Position numbers and translations under genes: made by a program. Below the pieces are notes generated by a model. That model did not search any database, was not told the DNA's origin, and was given only the letters and a program-made list of their open reading frames with translations. A stretch of 64,000 nucleotides of DNA from Pristiophorus japonicus (taxonomy: Eukaryota): NCBI RefSeq assembly GCF_044704955.1, contig NC_092010.1:36084001-36148000 (forward strand), read 5' to 3'. Numbering within the stretch: the first letter of the stretch is position 1; each line of letters begins with the position of its first letter. Below are positions 1-12,800 of the stretch, piece after piece.

Positions 1-19
1 ACATCTGTCCCTGTTCTAC

Positions 20-600
20 CTGCTTGCAGGAGAAGGGTGCACATAACCGGAGCCACTGAATACAGACAGGAGGGGCTCAACTAAGCTGTGAGTCAGTGGC
101 TTCCCTCCAAGTTCATTATTTGCTTTTCATAATTTCTCACATAAACGCACTCATTCACTCCCTCACCCAAAGGCATACACTGCATCCTAAAACAGGACAA
201 CATCTTGCCATGTAAAGCTGTGTTTTACTGCTAGCATTCTAGAGGCACCTTACTGCCAACACGCGGAAATACGCTCTTGTTCTGTTCCTCTCGGTGTCCA
301 AAAGAAGGTAGTGTCAGAACACAATGATCAACCTCAACCAAGCACCTCTGCATCACTTCATAGCGGCAAGCACTGGGATCCCAAAGTAAGGAGGAGCAAC
401 TGCAGGTGGAATTGAAGGCAACATAACCCACTGGCCAGAGGGTCACCTTGAGGGCGCCTGCAGCTGCTGAGCCCAGGGATTTGCACATCACGGGGCCTGC
501 ATACAAATGCAGTTCGGTAGCTCTGCACAGCTGGGGACGTCGATGAAGAATTCCAGCACCCGCATCTGTGAAGTGCTACAGACTGTGTCCCAAGCAAGGC
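20..600 (+). pseudogene. Possible degenerate PIF/Harbinger Myb/SANT-like gene remnant
   Basis: After a cag acceptor, 30-80 reads EKGAHNRSH*IQTGG, resembling the EKxAHNRRExxxTGGG motif of Harbinger accessory proteins; in-frame stop. Confidence 0.25.
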
Positions 601-698
601 TGTCCCAGCGCCCTCTGTAATGGAGCCCCCCACCCCTTGGACGAGGTCCTACGCTCAGGAATAGTTTCCTTCATGAATACATTGGGGATCTCACGATT

Positions 699-1546
699 TA
701 GAAACATAGAAATTTACAGTGCAGAAGGAGGCTATCTCGGCCCATTGTGTCCGCGCCGGCCGACAAAGAGCCACACGGCCCTCGGTCAGCAGCCCTGAAG
801 GTTACATGTAAACCTATGAACAATGGCGGAAAGCCCAACCAGCCCGCCTCACACAACTGCAACACCCCTTACACTGAAACATTCTACATTCCACCCCAAC
901 TGGAGCCATATGATCTCCTGGGAGGCAAAAACCAGATAAAAACCCAGGTCAATTTAGGGAGAAAAAATCTGGGAAAATTCCTCTCTAACCCATCCAGGCG
1001 ATCGAAACTAGTTCAGGAGATCATGCTGGCCGTATTTGATTCCCTGCAGTACCTACCATTATATCTGCGCCGGCCAACAAAAGGTCATCCAGTCTAATCT
1101 CAATTACCAGCTCTAGGTCCGTAACCCTGCAGGTTACTGCACTTTAAGTGCCCATCCAACCATCTCTTAAAAGTGGTGAGGGTTTCTGCATCCACCACTC
1201 TTCCAGGCAGCGAGTTCCAGATCCCCACAACCCTCTGTGTAAAGAAGCCCCCCCTCAAATCCCCTCTAAACCTTCCACCAACCACCTTAAAACTATGCCC
1301 CCTTGTTATAGACCCCTCCACCAATGGAAATAGATCCTTACTATCCACTATGTCCAGGCCCCTCAATATTTTGTACACCTCAATAAGTTCTCCCCTCAAC
1401 CTCCTCTGTTCCAATGAGAAGAAACCCAGCCTATCCAATCTGTCCTCATAACTAAGATTCTGCATTCCAGGCAGCATCCTAGTAAATCTCCTCTGCACCC
1501 TCTCTAGTGCAATCACGTCCTTCCTATAATACGGCGACCAGAACTG
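699..1546 (-). mobile_element. CR1 LINE 3' fragment with long 3' UTR
   Basis: ORF 1100..1555 is the CR1 ORF2 C-terminus (QFWSP, VQRRFTR, FFTQRVV); 8-bp tail repeat. Confidence 0.9.
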
Positions 1547-1764
1547 CCAATCCACAGCAGCCTGTGTTGCTTGAACTTACCATGTTGGGGAATCAGATTG
1601 AAACCGCTGTACCACATGGGTTTCAATAACTCACTGCTGCCCAAAACCTGCTCCCATATAGATCTCTGGGAATGCTGGCGGAATGGCAGGACAATGAAGA
1701 TGTCTCTCCAGCCATCCTGCTCAAACGAGTACAAATGTGTCATGCAGCATACAACTATTTGAGT

Positions 1765-2335
1765 AGAAACTTTAAATCAAGTGCCTGGAACAGTTCCACA
1801 ATTATTTTTGTGAACCTATAAATCAAGTGCCCCCTTGTTAACGGGGGGGGCACTAAAACCGGCAAATTAAACAAATTAACTTTTAAACTTTAACAATCAA
1901 ATTAAAATTTGGTTGCTGGGCGTGATGATACACTCCAGTCCCTCCGGCGCCCACCTCTCACGGAAGGCCGCGAGCGTACCGGTGGACACCGCGTGCTCCA
2001 TCTCCAGGGACACCCTGGCTTGGATGTAGCCACGGAAGAGAGGCAGGCAGTCGGGCTGAGCGACCCCCTCGACCGCCCACTGCCTGGACCGGTTGATGGC
2101 CCCCATGCCCAGGAGCAGTCCTACAAGGAGGCCGCTCCCCTCCACACAGGGTGCCCAAAGATCAGGAGCGTGGGACTGAAGTGCAACCAAAATTTGAGGA
2201 GCAGCTCCTTCAAATAATGGAAGAGGAGCTGCAACCTCGCACTGAACATAAACATGGAACACGGACTCCTCCAGACTCATGCAGCGTAGAAGCCAGGCAG
2301 TCACGACATCAATACCCATGGCACTTGTCATTGTA
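1765..2335 (-). mobile_element. L1/Tx1-clade LINE 3' fragment
   Basis: ORF 1897..2331 has a degenerate C-terminal zinc knuckle (EESVFHVY..C) and FRGYIQARV...FRERW typical of Tx1-type ORF2 ends. Confidence 0.65.
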
Positions 2336-2458
2336 GGGCCAATAATAGACCAAGCACAAGGAATTCTGGCCCACCTCGAACCCTAGACACAGTAGACACA
2401 GACACACACAGCAGCTATCCACCACCCCTCCTCCTCCCACTGGTGAAACACTTAGTTC

Positions 2459-2850
2459 CATCATCATCATAGGCAGTCCCTCAGAATCGAGGAAGACTTG
2501 CTTCTACTCTTAACATGAGTTCTTAGGTGGCTGTAAAGTCCAATACAAGAACCACACTCTCTGTCACAGGTGGGCTATGTTCCCGGGCAACTATGGCAGT
2601 GCGGCGTTCCAGCTTGTCGCTGTTGGAGTTGTCCATGAGGGCCCTGACGTTCCAGGTCCCGAACTTCATGTTAAAGGAGTGGAAGATGCCTGTGCGTGAG
2701 TCCTTTTAACGTGGGGTGGCCGTTGTACACCGGCTACCACACGGGCTTAGCTGAGCAAGGTCTTGGTCCAGTGGCAAGGGGGTCCAAGACGACTGGAGAC
2801 CAGGCACTGCTATATGGGGCCTAGTTGCCTACGGCGAGATGGTGGCCGCA
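2459..2850 (-). mobile_element. Internally deleted (bipartite) RTE element
   Basis: 5' UTR plus endonuclease start MKFGTWNVRALMD (ATG 2669) fused to the RTE 3' end with (ATG)n tail. Confidence 0.75.
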
Positions 2851-3453
2851 GACAGCACTGTGATAATGACCACATATTGTTATGTTAGCAAGTAAAAGAC
2901 ACACAGTTAGGAAGACACACACCATACACTGTCACAAAAGGAAAGCACTGAGGCAAAAGCTCTAACCACACTTGCCCCGGACAGTTATGCTGAATACAAT
3001 TTGGGATTACTCATACTTTATTGTATCCAGAAAGTACTGTTGCTATGAGGCAGAGTAAGGTAGTTTGAGACATGCTACTGTATTAACTGCCTCAGCCCTT
3101 CCCCTTACTCACCAAGCCAACCTCCCCTCAAGTTCCCCCTTGCCCGAGCCCGATACCCCTGTATCTCTCTAGTTTCTCTCCCATCTCCACCCATTCTCTC
3201 TCCAAGCTCATCTCATCCATGAGACCCAGCTCCTGCTCCCTTGACCCCAATTCCACTAAATCGCTGACCACTCAAATTCCTTTTCTGGCCCCTATGCTGG
3301 CTGACATTGTCTCCTCAGATACTGTCCCCCTTCCTTTCAAAACCATCATCATCAGCCCCCGCCCCTCAAAAAGCTCACTCTCGACCCATCTGTCCTTACA
3401 AATTACTGCCCCATCTCCAACCTCTGTTTCCTCTCCAAAATCCTTGAATGAGT

Positions 3454-4380
3454 TGTTGGAAATCAGGGTTGTACAAAATATATGTGGTTATGCGACTAAA
3501 ACTGTGACGCGAAGAATACTGTGTTTACATCGTTATGATAGAATTGGAGCCAAAGTGTCTCCTCAGACTGGTATTAGATGCTGAGAAATTTTAATGTTTT
3601 GGTACCCTGCTGAAATGTTACAGCATTCTGCACTATGACAACTATTTTCTGTTGTTTTCAAGTTAAGACTTCAACTTTGTTTATGTATCTTTAAGACAAT
3701 TTCTTATAGAAAGACATAGAATAGATGGAAGTTGTGAGAGTTAACGTAAACATTCGCTACGTCATAAAGGAGGTAGCACTCTGAAGCAAACAGGTGTCTG
3801 GCTTGGGCCTCATGAGATCAAAGAAGAATAGGGACGAAAGCGGTAAGACATGAATTTCAAAGGGAGAAATCTTCAGGAAAGTATAAACAACAAGACATGT
3901 AACCAAAATCTTTAGGGCGGGCTTTGACACAAGAATCGAGACAAAGAACTAGAAGCCTCATTGGGTGTTAAGGTTTATGGGGAACCTCTACAGGTCAAAA
4001 TGTCTTGTCAATATCCCATGTCAGTGCCACTGCTAAAAAGAGAATAAATGTAGCCTCCTCAAGGTTGTCCTCACAAATGCTGTGAGGGGAGAGTGAAACA
4101 GAAGTTGAGCTGGTCGAACACTTTTTGAGCGATCCCATGCTTTACTAAAGGAAGCTCTAGACGAAGAGAAGGAGGCTGCAAGCCAGAGAACTGCTCACAT
4201 GCGCCAGCCATTTGTCCAATTGGATCGGTATCAGCTACTTGTCACGGTCAAATATTTTTGCTGTATAACTAATGTGTTATATTCCATCTTAAACTCTGAT
4301 TAAACACTATCGGATTGGTTTACAGTTGATCCTGATTACTAAAGTGACCAGAGATAGCCTTAACTTGGCTATTTCTAACA
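3454..4380 (+). mobile_element. Putative solo LTR, about 927 bp
   Basis: Interrupts the L2 copy; ends TGTTGGAAAT...ATTTCTAACA form a 9/10 inverted repeat; internal TATAAA and AATAAA; TSD unclear. Confidence 0.55.
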
Positions 4381-4975
4381 TGTTGTCTCCCAAATCCATA
4401 CCCATCTCTCGCAACTCCTTGTCTGAATCTCTCCAATCAGGTTTCCCCCCTTCCCCCGCCCCAGCACTGAAACAGCCCTAATCACAGTTACAAACAAGTC
4501 TCTGTGACTGTGATGCACTATCCCTCCTTGTCCTCCTCAACCTCTCTGCAGCCTTTGACATGGTTAACCTCACCATCCTCCTCCAAACACATCTCCTCCA
4601 TTGTCCAGTTTCATAGGACTACCGTTGCTTGGTTCCACTTAGACTTACCCGATCGTAGTCACAGCATCCCAAGCAATAGCTTCCCTTCCATCCCTCATAC
4701 TATTGCATCCAGACTTCCCCAAGGATCTATCCTTGGCCCGCTCTTCTTCCTCATCTACATGTGCCCTTGGTAACACTGTCTGCAGTCATGGGGTTAGCTT
4801 CCACACATAGGCAAACCACACCCAGTTCTACCTCTCCACCACCTCTTTCGACCCCTCCAGTACCCCTGTGCTGTCACAGTACTTCTCTGAGATGCAGTCA
4901 GGTGAGCTGCAATTTCCTTCAGCTAAACATTGGGAAGAACAAAGCTATCGTCTTTGGCTAGCACCACATGCTTAC

Positions 4976-5484
4976 AATCATAGAATCATAGAAGTTTACA
5001 GCACAGGAGGCGGCCATTTGGCCCATCGTGTCCGTGCTGGCCGACAAAGAGCTATCCAGCTTAACCTCACTTTCCAGCTCTTGGTCCGTAGCCCTGTAGG
5101 TTAAGGCATTTCAAGTGCATATCCAAGTACTTTTTAAATGTGGTGAGGGTTTCTGCCTCTACCACCCTTTCAGGCAGTGAGTTCCAGACCCCCACCACCC
5201 TCTGGGTGAAGAAATTTCTCCTCAACTCCCCTCTAATCCTACTACCAATTACTTTAAATCTCTGCCCCCTGATTATTGACCTCTCTGTTACGGGAAATAG
5301 GTCCTTCCTATCCACTCTATCTCGGCCCCTCATAATTTTATACACCTCAATTAAGTCTCCCCTCAACACCATCTGTTCCAAAGAAAACAACCCCAGCCTA
5401 TCCAATCTTTCCCCATAGCTAAAATTCTCCAGTCCAGGCAACATCCTCGTCAATCTCCTCTGTACCCTCTCTGGTGCAATCACA
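4976..5484 (-). mobile_element. CR1 3' fragment
   Basis: ORF 5067..5483; (ATTCTATG)n tail. Confidence 0.9.
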
Positions 5485-5916
5485 TCACAGCATCCTATGC
5501 GACCCCAAGCCAGGCTTCCGACCCCACACCGTCTACATCACAAAGACACCTACTTCCACCTCCACAATGTCACAAACTCTATTGCCTGTATTCTATCCCG
5601 TACCTTGGCCTGCTCACCCATCACCCTTGTCCTTCCTAACCTACATTGGCTCCTGGTCCCCCAATGCCTCAAATTTAAAATTCTCCTTCTCGTGTTTAAA
5701 TTAATTTATGGCCTTGCCCTTCCCTATCTCTGTAACGTCCCACAGCCCTACAAACCCCAATCCCCCCACGAAACTCTCCCCAGCTCTGACATTGGCCTCC
5801 TACGCAAATCCTCTTCATCTTAAGTGTGTTACACATAGATACCACCCAGACCAGCCTGTGTCACACAGAGGATAGCACACAGGCTAGAGTGTAACACACA
5901 CACACACTCACTCACT

Positions 5917-6487
5917 ATCATCATCATCATCATAGGCAGTCCCTCGAAGCGAGGATGACTTGCTTCCACGTCAAAAAGGGATGAGTTCACAGGTGTTTCA
6001 ATGAAACACCTAATATTCCAGATCCAGAACTACATGTTGAAGGGTGGAAGATGCCTGTGGGTGGATTTTTTTAACGTGGGGTGACCGTTGCACACCAGCC
6101 ACCACACGGGCTTGACAGAGCGAGGTCTTGGTCCAGTGGCAAGGATTAACCGAGATGACTGGAGACCAGCTCTGCTGCACGGACCCAGTGCGCACACATA
6201 TCGCAGTGTGGGCTGGCCCGTGCTGCCCCTGGGCCCTCGGCTCTTCAGGGCCCCGAACTCACGCCTCTCCTGGGCCCCATCACTTCCTTCTACAAACTCT
6301 TGCCGCCCCTCCTGCTGTGCCTGCCCGCACTGCAATCAGCGACCTGACTTCGCAGCCGTCGCCCTCCTGCAGTGGTATGCCACCGCACGCTGCTCCCTCT
6401 GATGGCCCCGGCCTGCTGATGGTCTTCCAGGCCGGGACCGCGCCGATTTCCGGGCCAGGCTGCCGCAAGCTGCTCCCTCTAATGCTG
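5917..6487 (-). mobile_element. Non-autonomous RTE-derived bipartite element (SINE-like)
   Basis: Same RTE 3' end and same 5' UTR block as 2459-2850, with a GC-rich 5' part and no intact ORF; sits in a CA/CACT microsatellite. Confidence 0.7.
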
Positions 6488-7139
6488 CCTACACACTCAC
6501 TCACACACTCACTCACTCACACTCTCACTCACTCACACACACAGGCTAGAGTGTATTACACACACAGGATAGCACAGGCTGGGGTGTATTACACAGTGCC
6601 CTGGGCTAATGAGGCAGAAACACAGCCAGGATTCCTATTCTTGATTGCTATCCAATGACCACAGCCAGAACGTGCACAGGCATGGGCATCAGACGATCAG
6701 GATTAGCCTCGCCAATGATGCTCCCAGTCAGATACTGTGGTGAAGTTCACTGGGATCACTATGAAAAATAGACACTTTGGTGGGTTAATGGAGAGCAATC
6801 TGCCGCGGAAGTGTACCCCTGGAAAAGATAGCACTTGCAGCAGAGCAAGGGACAAAAGAGGTGGAAAAACGACAAATTTAAAATGTCGTTAAAATAAGTA
6901 CACTGGCTCCACCTAGTGCCCATTTTGCAGAGTGCTTTCACTTTCCTGTGTTGAGGTGCTGCAGTTGATGATTATTTTTCAAGGTTCGTACAACCTGTGC
7001 CCCCTAATCCAATGATCCATTATTATTATGGAAATAAAATTGGAGTGCAGCCCTTTGTCCTTATTCTAGACAGCAAATAAACTCTGTCTGTGGAAGTTCA
7101 AGACATTTCAAAGAAGCACCATCACATTTCAAGGGGTTT

Positions 7140-7993
7140 GAAACATAGAAACATAGAAAATAGGTGCAGGAGTAGGCCATTCGGTCCTTCGAGCCTGCAC
7201 CGCCATTCAATGAGTTCATGGCTGAACATGCAACTTCAGTACCCCATTCCTGCTTTCTCACCATACCCCTTGATCCCCCTAGTAGTAAGGACTACATCTA
7301 ACTCCTTTTTGAATATATTTCGTGAATTGGCCTCAACAACTTTCTGTGGTAGAGAATTCCACACGTTCACCACTCTCTGGGTGAAGAAGTTTCTCCTCAT
7401 CTCGGTCCTAAATGGCTTACCCCTTATCCTTAGACTGTGACCCCTGGTTCTGGACGTCCCCAACATTGGGAACATTCTTCCTGCATCTAACCTGTCTAAA
7501 CCCATCAGAATTTTAAACGTTTCTATGAGATCCCCTCATTCTTCTGAACTCCAGTGAATACAAGCCCAGTTGATCCAGTCTTTCTTGATATGTCAATCCC
7601 GCCATCCCGGGAATCAGTCTGGTGAACCTTCGCTGCACTCCCTCAATAGCAAGAATGTCCTTCCTCAAGTTAGGAGACCAAAACTGTACACAATACTCCA
7701 GGTGTGGCCTCACCAAGGCCCTGTACAACTGTAGTAACACCTCCCTGCTCCTGTATTCAAATCCCCTCGCTATGAAGGCCAACATGCCATTTGCTTTCTT
7801 AACCGCCTGCTGTACCTGCATGCCAACCTTCAATGACTGATGTACCATGACACCCAGGTCTCGTTGCACCTCCCCTTTTCCTAATCTGTCACCATTCAGA
7901 TAATAGTCTGTCTCTCTGTTTTTGCCACCAAAGTGGATAACCTCACATTTATCCACATTATACTTCATCTGTCATGCATTTGCCCACTCACCT
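7140..7993 (-). mobile_element. CR1 3' fragment (young subfamily)
   Basis: ORFs 7236..7505 and 7513..7968; near-identical to 46937-47732. Confidence 0.92.
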
Positions 7994-8469
7994 GAGGGCA
8001 GGCGAAGGTCATGCAACAGCCAATCTGTCCTGAAAACCCAGTTTCAAAGTCGTCATCAGTTAGATCTGCGCAGTAACAAGGTTGTTTTGTGAATTTTTGG
8101 CATGGGTTAGATACTGAGTGACGCTCCCTCGACACTGTCCCAACAATGGAGTCTGCCTCCACCAGCCTTTCAGGCAGTTGGATAAGTAACTGAAGGAAAA
8201 AAAATTGCAGGGCTACGGGGAAAGGGCAGGGGAGTGGGACCAGCTGAGAGTCGGCACGGGCTCAAAGGGGCAAATGGCCTCCTTCCGCGCTGTGACCGTT
8301 CTATAATGTGCCTCAGCCTCAAACACAAAACAGGGCCTCCTGCTCAACCAGAAAAACATGTTTCCATTTCCACACCAGCTATCCTGTGGCCTCTTGGGGT
8401 GAGATTGCCCACCTAGCATCAATTATAACTGAATTAGGGCCGATGTTGTTTCCACACACGTTGGCAGGA

Positions 8470-8978
8470 TTAGTGTACCAACATCAGTGTTCTCGCTCAG
8501 GCCAACATCCCCAGTATCGAAGCATTGACCACGCTCAATCAGCTCCGATGGACGGGCCTCATTGTCCGTATGCCCGATACTAGACTCCCAAAACAAGCAC
8601 TCTACTCAGAGCTCTGACACGGCAGGCGAGTCCCAGGTGGGCAGAGAAAACGCTTCAAGGACACCCTCAAAACCTCCTTGAAAAAATGTAACATCCCCAC
8701 CGATTCTTGGGAATCCCTGGCCCAAGTCCGTTCAAAGTGGAGGAGAAGCATTCGAGAAGGTGTTGAACACTTTGAGTCTCTTCGTCTGGATTTCGCAGAA
8801 GTCAAGTACAAACAACGGAAGGAGCGCACAATAAATCAAGCAGCCCACCCACCCGTCCCTTCAACCACCACCTGCCCCACCTGTGGCAGAGTCTCATCCC
8901 GTATAGGTCTCATCAGTCACCTTAGAACTCATATTAGTGTGGGAACAAGTCATCCTCGACTCTGGGGGACTGCCCATG
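8470..8978 (+). mobile_element. RTE LINE 3' fragment
   Basis: Peptides WESLAQVRSKWR and CPTCGR..SRIGLISH; ends gggactgcccatg. Confidence 0.85.
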
Positions 8979-9181
8979 GGAAGAGAGGCTAGATCAGGTG
9001 GGGGTAGCAAGTGCTCTTCCCTGAAGGACATTAGGTTTTTAATGATAAGCTGGCAGCTTTCATGGTCATTTCAGTTCTGGTGCCTGCCCACAAAATTAGA
9101 AGAATTATTGAATTCAGTTTCACAGCTCACCATGAGAGATTTGAACTCAGAACCGCTAAGTTGCTAGTTCAAGACCACAAC

Positions 9182-9415
9182 TGTCATGTATTCAACCAGC
9201 ATTGTAACCCATGTATAAACTGATCTAAGTTGTACACCGTGAGAACACTGACCACTAGGTGGGAGACACTCCTAACCTGGACCTTCAGGTTTAAAAGGGG
9301 AAGCTCCACCCACCTTCATCACTTGAGTGCTAAGGAATAAAGGACAGGTCACAGACTGACCTTCTCTCAAGCATGGGCCTCGTGTGCATTTATACTGTGT
9401 AGTAAGGACGTATCA
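9182..9415 (+). repeat. 5' LTR
   Basis: Direct repeat of 13073-13306; contains TTTAAAA and AATAAA. Confidence 0.95.
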
Positions 9416-9451
9416 ATGGCGACAAGAAACTGGGATTTAAACCACACGAGC

Positions 9452-9884
9452 ATGGCCACTAGCAGAACAGACTAGAGGTACTGTGTTAAGGAATGGTTGG
9501 GACAGAGATTCAACATTGTTAAAGCAGCACACAGTTCTCCAGGCAGACAAGGGCAGTCAGGCATGCCCCAACATGTAGTCGAACCCAGAGGGGGAGTTCG
9601 ACAGAGACAATGGCAAGCTGAACAGCGAGATTCACGCCATTGCAAGGGACAATGCGGCCAGTAATGGGGCCATCAACACCTGTTAATGGTGCACTCAAGG
9701 ACAATAACAGGGGCAGTCAGGGACATCGACTGGCAAGGGACCATTTGTTTCAAACCGCAACTCATGCTGGAGGCGTGGAGGCATACATTCAGCCTGAGTT
9801 TGCAGAGATGAGCAAAATACCTGCAGAAATTGCAGAAATGGACACTGGGGGAAATCACTGGAAGCTAAAGTTCAGCGAGTTCAT
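9452..9884 (+). pseudogene. gag: Decayed gag remnant
   Basis: ATG at 9452 is followed by TAG at codon 8; only about 430 bp long; broken zinc knuckle CWRRGGIHSA*VC (TGA 9795-9797) in the pol frame. Confidence 0.7.
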
Positions 9885-12800
9885 GTGGAGCACGTATACA
9901 GTTCATACACCAGGACGCCACCGATAATGATGAAAATGCTCCTCAATGGCATCCCAGTATCAATGGAGTTAGACACGGGTGCCAGCCAGTCCCTGATGGG
10001 TATCAAACAGTTCGAAAAGTTGTGGGCATCCAAGGCCAGGAGGCCAAAATTATCGCCGATTGACGCACAGCTACGGACTTACACAAAGCAGATCATTCCG
10101 GTGCTAGGCAGCGCCACGGTAGTCGTGACCCACAAAGATTCGGAGAACAGGTTGCCACTCTGGATTGTCCCAGGGGACGATCCCACACTACTGGGGAGGA
10201 GTTGGCTTGCTGTCATGAACTGGAAATGGGGCGATGTCAATGCAATTTCCTCTGTGGAGCGAGTATCATGCTCACAGGTCCTGGACAAATTTGACTCATT
10301 ATTTCAACCCGGCATTGGCACTTTCATGGGGGCCAAGGTAGTGATTCACATAAACCCGGACGCCAGACCAGTACACCACAAGGCCAGAGCGGTGCCGTAC
10401 GTGATGCAGGAAAAGATAGAAGGCGAATTGGACCGCCTGTTGAGGGAAGGCATCATCTCGCCAGTCGAATTCAGTGACTGGGCGAGCCCGATTGTGCCAA
10501 TGCTCAAGGTGGATGGGTCAGTCAGGATATGTGGCGATTACAAGGCCACCATCAATCGGGTGTCACTCCAAGACCAGTACCCGCTACCGAGAGCGGAGGA
10601 CCTCTTTGCGACGCTATCCGGTGGTAAACCTTTTTCAAAATTGGACCTGACCTCAGCTTACATGACCCAGAAGCTGGCGAGTGAGTCGAAGAAGCTGACC
10701 ACCATAACGACACACAAGGGGCTGTTTGAGTACAACAGATGTCCGTTCGGGATTCGCTCGGCCGCCGCGATCTTCCAACGAAATATGGAAAGCCTCCTCA
10801 AGTCGATTCCAGGGACGGTGGTTTTTCAGGACGACATCCTCATTACGGGTTACGATACTGAAGAACACCTCCACAACCTGGAGGAGGTGCTACGCAGACT
10901 GGACCGGGTAGGTCTGCGACTGAAAAAGGCGAAGTGCGTCTTCCTAGCTCCAGAGGTAGAATTCCTGGGGATGAGGGTAGCAGCAGACGGGATCAGCCCT
11001 ACTGCATCCAAGACGGAAGCGATCCAGAGAGCACCCAGACCCCGTAACACGATGGAGCTGCGTTCGTTCCTGGGGCTCCTGAACTATTTTGGTAACTTTC
11101 TTCCCAAATTGAGCACGCTGCTAGAGCCGCTACATGTGCTCCTACGCAAAGGTCGCGAATGGGTCTGGGGGGACAGCCAGGAAAGGGCTTTTAATAGAGT
11201 ACGCAATTTGTTATGTTCCAACAATCTGTTAACGCTATATGACCCATGTAAGAAACTTGTGTTAACGTGCGATGCGTCGTCCTATGGTGTCGGGTGTGTG
11301 TTGCAGCATGTCAATGCCAAGGGTCAGTTACAGCTGGTAGCTTATGCCTCCAGAAGTCTGTCCCAGGCAGAAAGGGGCTACGGGATGGTAGAAAAGGAGG
11401 CGCTCGCATGTGTATATGCGGTAAAGAAAATGCACCAGTACCTGTTTGGCAGGAAATTTGAGCTGGAAACAGATCACAAACCCCTAACGTCCCTTTTGGC
11501 CGACAACAAGGCCATAAATGCAAACGCATCGGCCCGCATACAGAGGTGGGCACTCACATTAGCTGCCTATGACTACACAATTCGGCACAGACCGGGCACT
11601 GAAAACTGCGCCGATGCACTCAGCAGGCTCCCACTAGCCACCACTGAGGGGGCTACCGAGCATGGTGCTGAGATGGTCATGGCTGTTGAAGCTTTCGGAA
11701 GCGAAGGCTCACCCGTGACAGCCCGTCAGATTAAAGTCTGGACAAATAGAGACCCGCTATTGTCTCTATTCAAGAAATGTGTCCTGAATGGGGACTGGGC
11801 AGCCACGTACAGGGCATGCCCTGAGAAATTTAAACCATTTCACAGGCGCAAGGATGAACTCTCGATTCAGGCCGATTGCCTACTGTGGGGAAACCGCGTA
11901 GTCATGCCCCAGATGGACAGAGAGGTGTTCATCAGAGAACTCCACAATGGGCACCCGGGCATTGTCACGATGAAGGCAATTGCCAGGTCACACGTTTGGT
12001 GGCCAGGGATAGACGCAGATCTGGAACTTTGTGTTCGCAGGTGCAACACGTGTGCCCAGCTGGGCCATGCGCCCAGGGAAGCCCCCCTTAGCCCCTGGCC
12101 ATGGCCCGCCAAGCCTTGGTCACGCATCCATGTGGACTACGCAGGTCCTTTCATGGGGAAAATGTTTTTGGTTGTAGTAGACGCCTACTCCAAATGGATC
12201 GAGTGTGACATTTTAAATTCAAGCACATCCTCTGCCACGGTAGAAAGTCTACGGGCAATGTTCGCCGCCCACGGTCTACCGGACATCTTGGTCAGCGACA
12301 ATGGCCCGTGCTTCACAAGCACTGAATTCCAGGACTTCATGGCAGGCAATGGAATTAACCATGTTAGAACGGCACCGTTCAAGCCGGCCTCAAACGGCCA
12401 GGCAGAACGAGCAGTGCAGATAATCAAACAGGGGATGCTCAGAATCCAAGGGGGTTCCCTACAAACCCGCTTATCACGCCTCCTGTTGGCCTATAGATCC
12501 CGACCACACTCGCTCACAGGGGTTCCACCCGCAGAGCTACTAATGAAAAGGACGCTCAAAACCCGATTATCCCTTATACACCCCACCATGAAAGAAATTG
12601 TCGAGAGCAGGCGCCAGTCACAATATCACTACCATGACAGGAATGCGAGGGCGCGATGTATTGATGTAAATGATCCTGTTTTTGTCCTCAACTACGCTGC
12701 AGGGCCCAAATGGCTCGCAGGCACTGTGGTTGTCAAAGAGGGAAATAGGATTCTGGTAGTTAAACTTACCAATGGACAAATCTGCCGCAAACATGTGGAT

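Larger units (their letters stand above)
3085..5825 (+). mobile_element. Degenerate L2 LINE RT region, split by later insertions at 3454-4380 and 4976-5484
   Basis: Pyrimidine-rich L2-type peptides PQGSILGPLFF, NFLQLNIGK and ITLVLPNLHWLLV...KFKILLL. Confidence 0.75.

Noticed and set aside
231-633. Minus-strand ORFs as a host gene
   Set aside because: No recognisable homology or exon structure; the region more likely holds a decayed transposon gene on the + strand.
1173-1451. Recurring ORFs such as [10 protein letters not shown]... and MNLRCTPS...
   Set aside because: Antisense frames of CR1 ORF2; they recur only because the repeat does.
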